From contig OZ246398.1 in NCBI GenBank assembly GCA_965230995.1, positions 528,213-592,212 on the forward strand: a stretch of DNA of 64,000 bases, in the 5' to 3' direction. The notes under the pieces are model-generated. The model ran no database searches. It saw nothing but the letters and a program-made list of their open reading frames with translations, and was not told where the DNA came from. A program made the position numbers and the translations under genes. Of the stretch, positions 26,892 through 36,731 are shown piece after piece. The first letter of the stretch is position 1. Each line of letters opens with the position of its first letter. Origin of the DNA: an uncultured Candidatus Saccharibacteria bacterium. GTDB taxonomy: Bacteria > Patescibacteriota > Minisyncoccia > Phycocordibacterales > G965230995.

Positions 26892-27989
26892 ATGTCACTT
26901 TCAATAGGAATAGTCGGTTTGCCGAATGTTGGTAAAAGCACATTGTTTAATGCACTTACCAAAAAGTCAGTACCGGCAGAAAATTATCCATTTTGTACGA
27001 TAGATCCATCTGTTGGTGTTGTTGCTGTGCCAGATGAAAGACTGGAAAAGTTAAATGATTTTTCAAAATCAAAAAAGAAGATTCCTGCCGCTGTTGAATT
27101 CGTTGATATTGCAGGTTTGGTCAAGGGTGCTTCCGAAGGCGAGGGTCTGGGAAACCAATTCCTTTCAAATATTAGAGAAACAGACGCCATTGCACAGGTT
27201 GTGAGAATATTCGAGGATAACAATGTAATACACGTAAATGGAAAAATTGACCCTCTTTCTGATATCGAGGTAATAAATCTTGAGTTAATAATTGCCGATC
27301 AGCAAACAGTCTCAAAGAGAAAATCTAACCTCACTCGCGACGTAAAAAGAGGTGATAAAATTGCAGTGGCCGAAGACGCTCTACTTTCTAGAATGGAAAA
27401 ACATCTTGAGAGCGGAAAATTGGGAAATAGTCTCGATGTAAACGATGACGAAAAGAAAATGCTAAAACAGTTAAATCTTTTAACAATCAAACCTTTTCTG
27501 TATGTATTGAACAAAAAAGCCGGCGGACAAAATCTTGATGAAATTTCTGATGAAAGATTTTTGAAACTGATAGAATTCTTTAAAAAGGAAAATGCAATAT
27601 ATACAATAGTAGACGCTGGTATTGAAATGGAACTTTCAAATTTTGTAGGTGAAGAAAGAGAAATGTTTCGAAATGAGCTCGGAGGAAAAGATGATGGAAT
27701 AAATGCTTTAATTAAAAAAGGATATGAATTGCTCGATCTGATTACTTTTTTTACTACAGGTGAAGACGAAACTAGGGCTTGGACAACAAAAAGAGGATCG
27801 ACGGCACCGCAAGCAGGAAAGGCTATCCATAACGACTTCGAACAAAAATTCATTAGAGCAGAAATAATCCACTGGGACGAATTACTCGATGCTGGTTCAT
27901 ATGCAAATGCAAGAGAGAAAGGCCTGCTTCGAACAGAAGGCAAAGAATATATTGTAAAAGATGGAGATGTGATTGAGTTTAAAATCTAG
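26892..27989 (+). CDS. ychF: Ribosome-binding ATPase YchF
   Basis: GIVGLPNVGKST, NYPFCTI, DIAGLV, EGKEYIVKDGD. Confidence 0.97.
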   Translation: MSLSIGIVGLPNVGKSTLFNALTKKSVPAENYPFCTIDPSVGVVAVPDERLEKLNDFSKSKKKIPAAVEFVDIAGLVKGASEGEGLGNQFLSNIRETDAIAQVVRIFEDNNVIHVNGKIDPLSDIEVINLELIIADQQTVSKRKSNLTRDVKRGDKIAVAEDALLSRMEKHLESGKLGNSLDVNDDEKKMLKQLNLLTIKPFLYVLNKKAGGQNLDEISDERFLKLIEFFKKENAIYTIVDAGIEMELSNFVGEEREMFRNELGGKDDGINALIKKGYELLDLITFFTTGEDETRAWTTKRGSTAPQAGKAIHNDFEQKFIRAEIIHWDELLDAGSYANAREKGLLRTEGKEYIVKDGDVIEFKI

Positions 27990-28033
27990 TTTTTTCAAAA
28001 AGAAAATATAAATTGCAATATGTCAATCAAAAA

Positions 28034-28062
28034 TTGCCATTTGCAATATCTTGCATTATAAT
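28034..28062 (+). promoter_or_regulatory. Sigma70 promoter of leuS
   Basis: TTGCCA-17 nt-TATAAT. Confidence 0.65.
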
Positions 28063-28097
28063 TTCAAAACAGTAACTTTAAGAAATTAATAATTTCT

Positions 28098-30974
28098 ATG
28101 ATAAAAAAGAACACGTACGACCATAAAAAGATAGAGAAGAAATGGCAGAAAAAATGGAACGACAGTTCTCTGTACGTGCAAAAGACTCCGCTTGGAAAAA
28201 CAAAGACTCCTAAAAGCTATGTTCTCGATATGTTTCCATATCCTTCTGGTGACGGACTACATGTTGGACATCCAAAGGGCTACATTGCAACAGATATATA
28301 TACTAGATACAAAAAAATGAACGGGCATAGTATTTTGCATACTATGGGTTGGGATGCTTTTGGTTTGCCTGCTGAAAACTACGCAATCAAGAACAAAATA
28401 CATCCTCGAAAAGCAGTAGAAAAAAATATAAAAAGATTCAAGTCACAGCTAGAAAAAATAGGTTTTTCTTATGATTGGAATAGGGAAATAGATACTACAG
28501 ATCCCGCATATTACAAATGGACACAATGGATATTTATAAAAATGTGGGAGAAAGGTTTGGCTTATGAATCCTTTGAGCCAATCAACTGGTGTCCTTCTTG
28601 TCAGACCGGTCTTGCAAATGAAGATTTGGAAAAAGATGGTACCTGTGAAAGATGTGGTTCTGTTGTCGAGAAAAAACCTATGCGACAGTGGGTTCTTCGG
28701 ATTACAAAATATGCAGAAAGACTTCTAAAAGATATTGATACACTAAAAGAATGGCCAAATTCGATCAGAGAATCACAAAAAAACTGGATTGGAAAAAGCG
28801 AAGGTGCAGAAATTTCATTTGATCTAAAATCAAAAGAGGGTGATTTTTCAGAAAAAGTAAATATATTTACAACAAGACCGGATACGCTATTTGGTGTGAC
28901 ATATATTGTGCTTGCTCCGGAACACAAATTGATTGAAAAGGCTCTTCAATTTGTTAAAAATGAAAAAGAGGTCAGAGATTTTATTTCTAAAGTCAAATCA
29001 AAAACAGAAATAGAAAGAACTGCCGAAGGAAAAGAAAAAAACGGAATAATCCTAGAAGGAATCGAAGCAACGAATCCAATTAATGGTGAAAATGTCCCTG
29101 TATTTATTGCAGATTATGTTTTGGCTACATATGGAACAGGTGCAGTAATGGCAGTACCTGCCCATGATGAAAGAGATTTTGCATTTGCAAAAAAATATAA
29201 TTTGGGAATTAAACAGGTTATCTCAAAAATATTTATTGATAATAAAAATCCACATAGAGAAGGAAAAACAGATACAGAAAGATCAATTGTACATTGTGTT
29301 GTAAAGCATCCAACAGAAGATAAAATAATTATATTAAAAAGCAAAAAATTTCCTTGGAAGACATTGATAATCGGTGGAATTGAGGGAGGCGAAAAACCAG
29401 AAGAAGCAACAAGAAGGGAAGTCATAGAAGAAACCGGCTATACAGATATTAAATCAATAGAAAAAATTGGCTGGAATCTCCATACAAAATTCTATGCTGC
29501 TCATAAAGATGTAAAAAGAAATTGTGATGTAAATGTAATGCTCGTTCAACTTGCGAGCTTAAAAAACGATTCCATTAGTGAATCTGAATCACAGCTACAC
29601 GATGTCTTGTGGGTAGAAACAGAAAAAGCATTTTCTGAACTTGATCCTGTTTGCGAAAAAGAAGAAATAAAAAGATTTCTAGGAGGTGAAATGTCTTCTT
29701 TTACAGGAGACGGAATAATGATTAATTCTGGAGAATTTTCTGGTAAAAACAACAGAGATATTTTTGATGAGATAATCAAAAAAGCAAGCGGAAAGAAAAA
29801 GACAAATTACCGATTGCAGGACTGGGTTTTTTCAAGACAAAGATATTGGGGCGAACCAATACCTCTAATTCACTGTGATAAATGCGGAGTTGTTCCCGTA
29901 AAAGAAAAAGATTTGCCGGTTACTTTACCGAATGTAAAAAGCTACGAGCCGACAGGTACGGGGGAATCACCGCTCGCAAATATTTCTTCTTGGGTAAATG
30001 TTAAATGTCCAAAATGTAAAGGAAAAGCAAAAAGGGAAACAAACACAATGCCTCAGTGGGCAGGATCATGCTGGTACTATTTGAGATTTATGGATCCAAA
30101 AAATAAAACAAAACTTGTAGATCCAAAAATTGAAAAATATTGGAAGAGTGTAGATATGTATGTTGGTGGAGCAGAACACGCAACAAGACATCTCATCTAT
30201 GCGAGATTCTGGCACAAATTTCTCTATGATATTGGAGTGGTATCTACAAAAGAACCTTTCAAAGCTCTTCGAAATCAAGGATTGATTCTCGCAAGTGATG
30301 GCAGAAAGATGAGCAAGCGATACGGAAATGTTATTAATCCAGACGACATCGTAGAAGTCTACGGAGCAGACACAATGAGAATCTATGAAATGTTCATGGG
30401 TCCGTTTGAAGGGGCGATAAGCTGGAGCACAGAAAGTATAATCGGATCTAGACGTTTTATAGAAAGAGTCTGGAGTTTGCAAAATAAGGTTTCTGATTCA
30501 GAAAAACCTTCAAAAGAGCTTTTGCATATTTTGCATAAGACAATAAAAAAAGTAGGGGAGGATATCGAAACGTTTTCAATGAACACCGCAATATCAGCTC
30601 TGATGATTCTTCAGAATGAAATGGAAAAAAATGAAAAAATACCAAAGCAAGTGTTCCTTGATTATGTATCATTGCTTTCACCGTTTGCCCCACATATGTC
30701 TGATGAAATAGGGTCTAGCTTTGGAAATAAAAAATCTTTCTTTCTGATGGATTGGCCGAAATATAATAAAAAATATCTTGTTACAGATTCTGTTAAAATC
30801 GCAGTTCAGGTAAACGGAAAGCTCCGAGATGTGGTAGAAATGGCGGTCGACTCGGGCGAAGAAGAAGTAAAGACAAAATCACTTGAATCTGAAAATGTGG
30901 CTAAATGGATAGCTGGAAAGGAAATTAGAAAGGTCATTTTTATAAAAAATAAGCTTATCAACATCGTACTATAA
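28098..30974 (+). CDS. leuS: Leucine--tRNA ligase with inserted Nudix domain
   Basis: MFPYPSG..HVGH, FTTRPDT (CP1), SRQRYWG, KMSKR; complete Nudix box at 29373-29441. Confidence 0.97.
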   Translation: MIKKNTYDHKKIEKKWQKKWNDSSLYVQKTPLGKTKTPKSYVLDMFPYPSGDGLHVGHPKGYIATDIYTRYKKMNGHSILHTMGWDAFGLPAENYAIKNKIHPRKAVEKNIKRFKSQLEKIGFSYDWNREIDTTDPAYYKWTQWIFIKMWEKGLAYESFEPINWCPSCQTGLANEDLEKDGTCERCGSVVEKKPMRQWVLRITKYAERLLKDIDTLKEWPNSIRESQKNWIGKSEGAEISFDLKSKEGDFSEKVNIFTTRPDTLFGVTYIVLAPEHKLIEKALQFVKNEKEVRDFISKVKSKTEIERTAEGKEKNGIILEGIEATNPINGENVPVFIADYVLATYGTGAVMAVPAHDERDFAFAKKYNLGIKQVISKIFIDNKNPHREGKTDTERSIVHCVVKHPTEDKIIILKSKKFPWKTLIIGGIEGGEKPEEATRREVIEETGYTDIKSIEKIGWNLHTKFYAAHKDVKRNCDVNVMLVQLASLKNDSISESESQLHDVLWVETEKAFSELDPVCEKEEIKRFLGGEMSSFTGDGIMINSGEFSGKNNRDIFDEIIKKASGKKKTNYRLQDWVFSRQRYWGEPIPLIHCDKCGVVPVKEKDLPVTLPNVKSYEPTGTGESPLANISSWVNVKCPKCKGKAKRETNTMPQWAGSCWYYLRFMDPKNKTKLVDPKIEKYWKSVDMYVGGAEHATRHLIYARFWHKFLYDIGVVSTKEPFKALRNQGLILASDGRKMSKRYGNVINPDDIVEVYGADTMRIYEMFMGPFEGAISWSTESIIGSRRFIERVWSLQNKVSDSEKPSKELLHILHKTIKKVGEDIETFSMNTAISALMILQNEMEKNEKIPKQVFLDYVSLLSPFAPHMSDEIGSSFGNKKSFFLMDWPKYNKKYLVTDSVKIAVQVNGKLRDVVEMAVDSGEEEVKTKSLESENVAKWIAGKEIRKVIFIKNKLINIVL

Positions 30975-31029
30975 AAATCCTTGACTTTATGGTATAATAA
31001 TGATAGAAATACAGGACATAAAACATTAT

Positions 31030-32070
31030 ATGGCAAGAAAAAAAGCAGTCACATTTAACCCAAAGAACGTAACGAAACACCTTGTTTCGGTTCTTGGTGA
31101 AAGAGCAAAGGATGTCGTTACAAGACGATATGGAATTCTTGAAAGCACAGACAGAATGACACTCGAGGCTATCGGAAAGAAATACGACATTACAAGAGAA
31201 CGAGTCAGACAAATAGAAAATCACTCTCTTGCCATAATTAGAAAATCAAAAGAATACGAGAAAGAATCTCCAGCCTTCGATGAATTGCACAAATTAATCC
31301 ACTCTCTTGGATGTTTGGTTGCAGAAGACGAACTGCTTGCGCACGTCACAAATGATAAAGCTTTGCAGAACCATGTGCATTTTATGCTTGTTGTCGGAAA
31401 TTCATTTATAAAAGAAAAAGAAGACGATAATTTCAAACATAGATGGTGTGTTGATGCAGATTTGTCAAAGAAAATCCAAAATTCAATCGAAAAAGTTTAC
31501 AATTCACTTTCTGATCACGATCTTGTTTCTGAACCAGATATGATCAGAGCTTTTCTTGCTCACCTCGCAGATGTTGCAGACGAACTAAAAACAGAAGAAA
31601 TCGCCAAGAGATGGCTTTCAGTTTCAAAAAAGATTGGAAGAAATCCATTGGGAGAGTGGGGAAAAGCACATTCAACAAATGTAAATGCAAAAGGAATGCG
31701 AGATTATGCGTATCTCGTTATCAGAAAGCATGGTTCTCCTATTCATTTCAGAGAAGTTGCAAAAGCAATTGAAAAAATGTTCGGAAGAAAAGCTCACATT
31801 GCAACTACACACAACGAATTAATCAAAGATAAAAGATTTGTTTTGGTAGGTAGAGGTCTCTACGCGCTATCAGAATGGGGATATATGAGTGGAGTTGTAA
31901 AAGATGTTATCAAAAATATTCTAGAAAAAGACGGCCCTCTTCCAAAAGAAAAAATAATTGAAAAGGTTCTAAAAGAAAGATACGTCAAAGAAAACACTAT
32001 TTTGGTTAATCTTCAGAACCAAAAATATTTCAAGAAAACAAAAGAAGGTCTATACTCAATAGCAGGTTAA
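31030..32070 (+). CDS. Sigma-70 region 4-like HTH fused to HARE-HTH (RNA polymerase delta-like) domains
   Basis: TLEAIGKKYDITRERVRQIE; HNELIKDKRFVLVGRGLYALSEWG; ATG 31000 lies upstream of the predicted TSS so 31030 was chosen. Confidence 0.8.
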   Translation: MARKKAVTFNPKNVTKHLVSVLGERAKDVVTRRYGILESTDRMTLEAIGKKYDITRERVRQIENHSLAIIRKSKEYEKESPAFDELHKLIHSLGCLVAEDELLAHVTNDKALQNHVHFMLVVGNSFIKEKEDDNFKHRWCVDADLSKKIQNSIEKVYNSLSDHDLVSEPDMIRAFLAHLADVADELKTEEIAKRWLSVSKKIGRNPLGEWGKAHSTNVNAKGMRDYAYLVIRKHGSPIHFREVAKAIEKMFGRKAHIATTHNELIKDKRFVLVGRGLYALSEWGYMSGVVKDVIKNILEKDGPLPKEKIIEKVLKERYVKENTILVNLQNQKYFKKTKEGLYSIAG

Positions 32071-32101
32071 AACAAAAAAACGGCTCTGCCGTTTTTTTGT
32101 T
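32071..32101. terminator. Bidirectional intrinsic terminator
   Basis: AACAAAAAAACGGC-tct-GCCGTTTTTTTGTT. Confidence 0.85.
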
Positions 32102-32139
32102 CGTTGCTTACAATAAGAAATATCAATATAATATATCTT

Positions 32140-33384
32140 ATGGATTCTTTAGGGTTACAATTTCTTACCGAGCAGGCACTTGTCGCAATTAAATATCTGT
32201 ACCTAACATCTCATTTGTGGCTCCCAATAGTTTTGGGTGGTCTTTTCTTTAAATTATGGGTTGATTATTTGCATATGAAAGCAAATTTCAATTCAAATCC
32301 AGTTTTGCTCGAAATTAAACTTCCAAAAGAAATTCGAAAATCTCCGCTTGCTATGGAATTGGTCTTGATTTCTATGTGGCAAAAGGGAACAATGCATTTT
32401 CTCGAAACTTACTGGAAGGGAAAGGTTGTGCCTAATTATTCTCTCGAAATGGTTTCGATTGATGGACAGGTTCATTTCTATATATGGACTCACGGTAAAA
32501 TGAAAAATGTTATCGAGGCTCAAATATATGCTCAATATCCAACAGTAGAAATATATCAGGTAGACGAGGATTATAGCTATAAAGCCAAATACGACCCATC
32601 AAAAATGATGATGTGGGCAACTTATTTTAAATTAGCAAAACCGGATCCATATCCAATAAAAACATATATTGATTACGAACTAGACAAAAATGCAAAAGAA
32701 GAAGACCAAGAAACGGTTATCGACCCGCTCTCTTCTGTTGTTGAATATTTAGGTTCGATAAAAAAAGGTGAACAAGTCTGGATTCAGATTTTGATTCGTG
32801 CACACAGGTCATATGGAATTGATGCTGGAAAAATTATTAAAAAACCAGACTGGACAAAAGGTATAGACGAAGAAATTCAAAAAGTTCTAGATAAATATAA
32901 AATAGACCCAAAGAAAAACCCAGGAGCAGTTCCTCCTCCGTTTACCGAAGAAGACAAAGGGTTACTCAAGGCTTTAAACAGAAGCAAATCAAAATATGCT
33001 TTTGATGTTGGTATTAGGGGCGTTTATATAAACAAGAAAGAGGCTTTCAATCCAGCAACAATTACAGGCTTGATTGGTGCATTCAGACAATATGATGATC
33101 AGACTTTAAACAACTTTAAACTAGGTATGTTTACAGATTTTGATTATCCATGGCAAGATTTTCGAAGGATGCGAAGAACAGCAAGAGAGCAAGGAATGCT
33201 CGATGCATATAAGCGTAGATCCTTCTATTATGGAAAATATCAATTCTGGGCACAGGAACCTTTCGTTATGACAACCGAAGAATTAGCCACAATATTCCAT
33301 TTGCCAGGCGGTGTTGTTTCTACTCCAACACTAGACAGAATTTCATCCAGAAAATCTGAAGCTCCTGCTAATTTGCCTTCATAA
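32140..33384 (+). CDS. Membrane-anchored hypothetical protein resembling the N-terminal region of CPR VirD4/TraG-like ATPases
   Basis: N-terminal TM; IEAQIYAQYP, YPIKTY, DPLS, EELATIFHLP motifs; no P-loop; promoter TTGCTT-17-TATAAT 7 nt before ATG. Confidence 0.65.
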   Translation: MDSLGLQFLTEQALVAIKYLYLTSHLWLPIVLGGLFFKLWVDYLHMKANFNSNPVLLEIKLPKEIRKSPLAMELVLISMWQKGTMHFLETYWKGKVVPNYSLEMVSIDGQVHFYIWTHGKMKNVIEAQIYAQYPTVEIYQVDEDYSYKAKYDPSKMMMWATYFKLAKPDPYPIKTYIDYELDKNAKEEDQETVIDPLSSVVEYLGSIKKGEQVWIQILIRAHRSYGIDAGKIIKKPDWTKGIDEEIQKVLDKYKIDPKKNPGAVPPPFTEEDKGLLKALNRSKSKYAFDVGIRGVYINKKEAFNPATITGLIGAFRQYDDQTLNNFKLGMFTDFDYPWQDFRRMRRTAREQGMLDAYKRRSFYYGKYQFWAQEPFVMTTEELATIFHLPGGVVSTPTLDRISSRKSEAPANLPS

Positions 33385-33385
33385 A

Positions 33386-34333
33386 ATGCCTGTTTCTAAA
33401 CGTTCATTTATATTACAAATTGGAATAGCAATTTTTACGTTGCTAATTTGTGCACTATTTCTTTCTATTCTTCCTCGTGAAATAAAAAGGCAAGATTTTT
33501 TTGTTATAGAAAAAGGTAGCTCGCTATCAAAAATATCATCTGATTTATACAATTCTGGTTTTTTTGCAAATAAAAATTCATTCAAATATTTCTTTCTTTT
33601 TTTCTTTAATGGGGAAAGTGTAAAGGTTGGAACCTATTATCTAAAAGATGTTACAAATATATTTGATTTAGGATACAGGCTCGCTTATGGTGATTTCGAA
33701 AAAGTACCAATAAAAATTACGATAAAAGAAGGTACAAACAAATTCGACATAGCAGATATATTTGAGAGCAAACTTCCGCAATTTAATAGAGAGAACTTTT
33801 TACTACAAGCAAAAGAAGGTTTTCTTTTTCCAGACACATATTTTTTTACAATAGAAAATAACGAAACAGATGTTCTGAAAGTTTTTGAAAAAACATTTAA
33901 TCAAAAGGTTGCCTCGTTATTTACAGAAAAAAAAATTACAGATGAAGAAAAAATTTACGAAGTAATCAATCTAGCTTCGATTGTAGAAGAAGAGGCTTCA
34001 AGGCTTGCTGATAGAAAAATGGTTTCTGGAATTTTGCAAAATAGACTTAGAATAAACATGGCTCTTCAGGTTGATGTTACATTCCAGTATATTAATGGTA
34101 AAAACACATATGAACTTACACTAAAGGATCTAAAAGACCCATCTTTATATAACACATACGTCCATACAGGCCTTCCACCAACACCTATATCTAGTCCAGG
34201 CTTAGATTCAATTCTTGCAGTTCTAGAACCAACCAAAAATGACTACCTATATTTCCTTTCGAGCAAATCCGGTGTAATGTATTATGCCAAGACGTTCGAA
34301 GAGCACAAAAGAAATAGACAGAAGTATTTGTAA
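33386..34333 (+). CDS. mltG: Endolytic transglycosylase MltG
   Basis: EGFLFPDTY, LASIVEEE, NRL..NMALQVD, YNTY..GLPPTPI. Confidence 0.93.
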   Translation: MPVSKRSFILQIGIAIFTLLICALFLSILPREIKRQDFFVIEKGSSLSKISSDLYNSGFFANKNSFKYFFLFFFNGESVKVGTYYLKDVTNIFDLGYRLAYGDFEKVPIKITIKEGTNKFDIADIFESKLPQFNRENFLLQAKEGFLFPDTYFFTIENNETDVLKVFEKTFNQKVASLFTEKKITDEEKIYEVINLASIVEEEASRLADRKMVSGILQNRLRINMALQVDVTFQYINGKNTYELTLKDLKDPSLYNTYVHTGLPPTPISSPGLDSILAVLEPTKNDYLYFLSSKSGVMYYAKTFEEHKRNRQKYL

Positions 34334-35418
34334 TGAAAAAGGATAGTAACAGAAAAATAAAGGTTTTTGTTGGTATGTCTGGAGGAGTAGATAGCTCTGT
34401 TTCGGCATATCTTTTAAAAGAAGCTGGCTATGACGTCACTGGCGTTTTTATACGTGTCTGGCAACCAGATTTTATGGAATGTACCTCGAAAGAAGACAGG
34501 AGGGATGCAATGAGAGTTGCTTCACAAATTGGTATTCCATTTTTTACAATTGATGCAATATCAGAATACAAAAAGGATGTCGTTGATTATATGATAGAAG
34601 AATATAAAAACGGCAGAACACCCAATCCAGACGTAATGTGTAACAACAGTGTAAAATTCGGAGTTTTCTACAAAAAGGCTATGGAGGCAGGTGCAGATTA
34701 TATTGCTACCGGTCATTATGCAAAAAGATTAGAGGGCGAAGACGGGGCATATCTCGGTATTCCAAAAGATAAAGAAAAAGATCAGACATATTTTTTGTGG
34801 AATATATCAAAAGAATCATTAAACAAAACACTCTTTCCGCTTGGTGATTTAACAAAGACAGAGGTGAGAAAGATAGCAAAAAAACAAGGCTTGTATACTG
34901 CTACAAAAAAAGATAGCCAAGGCCTTTGTTTTATTGGAAAAGTTTCAATGAAGGATTTTCTTTCGCATTATTTAAATCTTGAAAATGGTGATGTCTTGGA
35001 TATTGATGGCAAAAAAATTGGTTCTCACGACGGAGCTCTTCTATATACGAATGGTCAGAGACACGGCTTCGAAGTGATAAAAAAGAAAACAGACGACGGA
35101 CCATTTTATGTAATTGATAGAGACACTAAAAAGAATACTATTACAGTGACTTCAGAAAACAAAACTGAAAGTATTTCTCCGAAAACAATCAGTCTTGAAA
35201 ATGTAAATTTGCTCGCAGGTTTTTTTGGGGGTGGAGTAAACGCAAGGGTTAGATATAGACAGCCTTTAAAAGCATGCGAGATTACAATTGATAACCAAAA
35301 CAGAAAAGCTGAAGTGTTATTTGAAGAGAATGTGAGTATGGTATCTATCGGTCAATCTTGTGTTTTTTATGATAATATAAAATGTATTGGAGGAGGAATA
35401 ATATCAGAAATCAAATAA
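34333..35418 (+). CDS. mnmA: tRNA 2-thiouridylase MnmA
   Basis: GMSGGVDSS, TPNPDVMCN, ATGHY, KDQTYFL, DSQGLCF. Confidence 0.97.
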   Translation: MKKDSNRKIKVFVGMSGGVDSSVSAYLLKEAGYDVTGVFIRVWQPDFMECTSKEDRRDAMRVASQIGIPFFTIDAISEYKKDVVDYMIEEYKNGRTPNPDVMCNNSVKFGVFYKKAMEAGADYIATGHYAKRLEGEDGAYLGIPKDKEKDQTYFLWNISKESLNKTLFPLGDLTKTEVRKIAKKQGLYTATKKDSQGLCFIGKVSMKDFLSHYLNLENGDVLDIDGKKIGSHDGALLYTNGQRHGFEVIKKKTDDGPFYVIDRDTKKNTITVTSENKTESISPKTISLENVNLLAGFFGGGVNARVRYRQPLKACEITIDNQNRKAEVLFEENVSMVSIGQSCVFYDNIKCIGGGIISEIK

Positions 35419-35422
35419 AAAT

Positions 35423-36247
35423 ATGCTGATTACAAAAATAAATGGTGAGAAAGAAGAATTCGACAGGACAAAATTAATTGGATCTCTAAGAAGAGCCGGA
35501 GTGGGCGAAGACCTCATATCTGATATTGTGATGCATATCGAAGCAGAGCTCTCAAGTGCGATGACAACACGTGATATCTATAGCCACGCATACACCCTGC
35601 TTGCAAAAAAAGAAAAAAAAGCAGCTGCAAAATATTCTATGAGAAGAGCTGTTTTGGACCTCGGACCATCGGGATTTCCTTTTGAACAACTTGTTGCAAA
35701 TATTTACAAGGCCAAGGGATACAGCGTTAGTACTGATGGTTATGTAAAAGGGCACTGTGCTGAACACGAAATTGACATCATTGCTCACAACGAAGACGAA
35801 TTGATTATGCTCGAGGCAAAATTTCATAATCAAGACGGTGTAAAGTCTGATTTGAAAGTTGCATTATATGTAAAAGCGAGATTTGATGATCTCTCAAATG
35901 CTGATTTTTCATTTGGTGGAATAAACAGAAAATTAACTAAGGGTATTTTGATTACGAATACAAAATTCACCCATACTGCAGTAGAATATGCAAAATGTGC
36001 TGGTCTAAATATTATCGGTTGGAACTATCCTCACGAATACAATTTGCAGGATATGATACAAGAATCAGGTCTACATCCAATTACCTGTTTAAATAATCTT
36101 TCAAAAAAAGACAAATCTTTGCTTCTAGAAAAGAACATTGTCTTGCTCAAGGAATTACTCGAAAATAGAAAAGAACTTGCAACTATTGGTGTAGATAGAG
36201 AAAAACAAAAACACGTAATAGATGAAATAGAACAAATTATTAATTAA
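35423..36247 (+). CDS. ATP-cone domain fused to Mrr-like PD-(D/E)XK nuclease domain
   Basis: ITKINGEKEEFDRTKL ATP-cone start; GFPFEQLV, EIDIIA..LEAK, ILITNTKFT. Confidence 0.8.
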   Translation: MLITKINGEKEEFDRTKLIGSLRRAGVGEDLISDIVMHIEAELSSAMTTRDIYSHAYTLLAKKEKKAAAKYSMRRAVLDLGPSGFPFEQLVANIYKAKGYSVSTDGYVKGHCAEHEIDIIAHNEDELIMLEAKFHNQDGVKSDLKVALYVKARFDDLSNADFSFGGINRKLTKGILITNTKFTHTAVEYAKCAGLNIIGWNYPHEYNLQDMIQESGLHPITCLNNLSKKDKSLLLEKNIVLLKELLENRKELATIGVDREKQKHVIDEIEQIIN

Positions 36248-36256
36248 TATTTTTTT

Positions 36257-36730
36257 ATGGAAATTACGATTTTGACGGCTTTTACAAGAATGATAGTTGC
36301 TCTGGTGCTCGGTGCTATTTTGGGAATAGAAAGGTCTGTCTCAAAGAAAAATGCTGGCCTCAGAACATACGCCCTAGTTTCTCTTGGATCATGTCTATTT
36401 GTTTTGACATCGCTTTATGCAATAAACGATATTGGAGTCCTCACATCTGACCCTCTTAGACTTGTTGCTGGTGTGGTTACTGGTATTGGATTTCTTGGTG
36501 CAGGTTTAATATTTAGAGTCGAAGAAAGACTATCTGGTCTAACAACGGCGGCTGGTCTGTGGATGTCATGCGGTATTGGAATTGCAACTGGCTTTGGATA
36601 TTATTTACTCGCAGGACTTGCATCAGTTTTGACTTTAATAACATTTACTGCCCTTTGGTTTGTAGAAAAAAGGGTAGTTTCTGCCTCTGAATCAAAAAAA
36701 GATCAGGTTATAGATTCTAAAAAAGACTAA
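36257..36730 (+). CDS. MgtC/SapB family membrane protein
   Basis: GIER..AGLRTY, VVTGIGFLGAG, GLTTAAGLW. Confidence 0.92.
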   Translation: MEITILTAFTRMIVALVLGAILGIERSVSKKNAGLRTYALVSLGSCLFVLTSLYAINDIGVLTSDPLRLVAGVVTGIGFLGAGLIFRVEERLSGLTTAAGLWMSCGIGIATGFGYYLLAGLASVLTLITFTALWFVEKRVVSASESKKDQVIDSKKD

Positions 36731-36731
36731 A

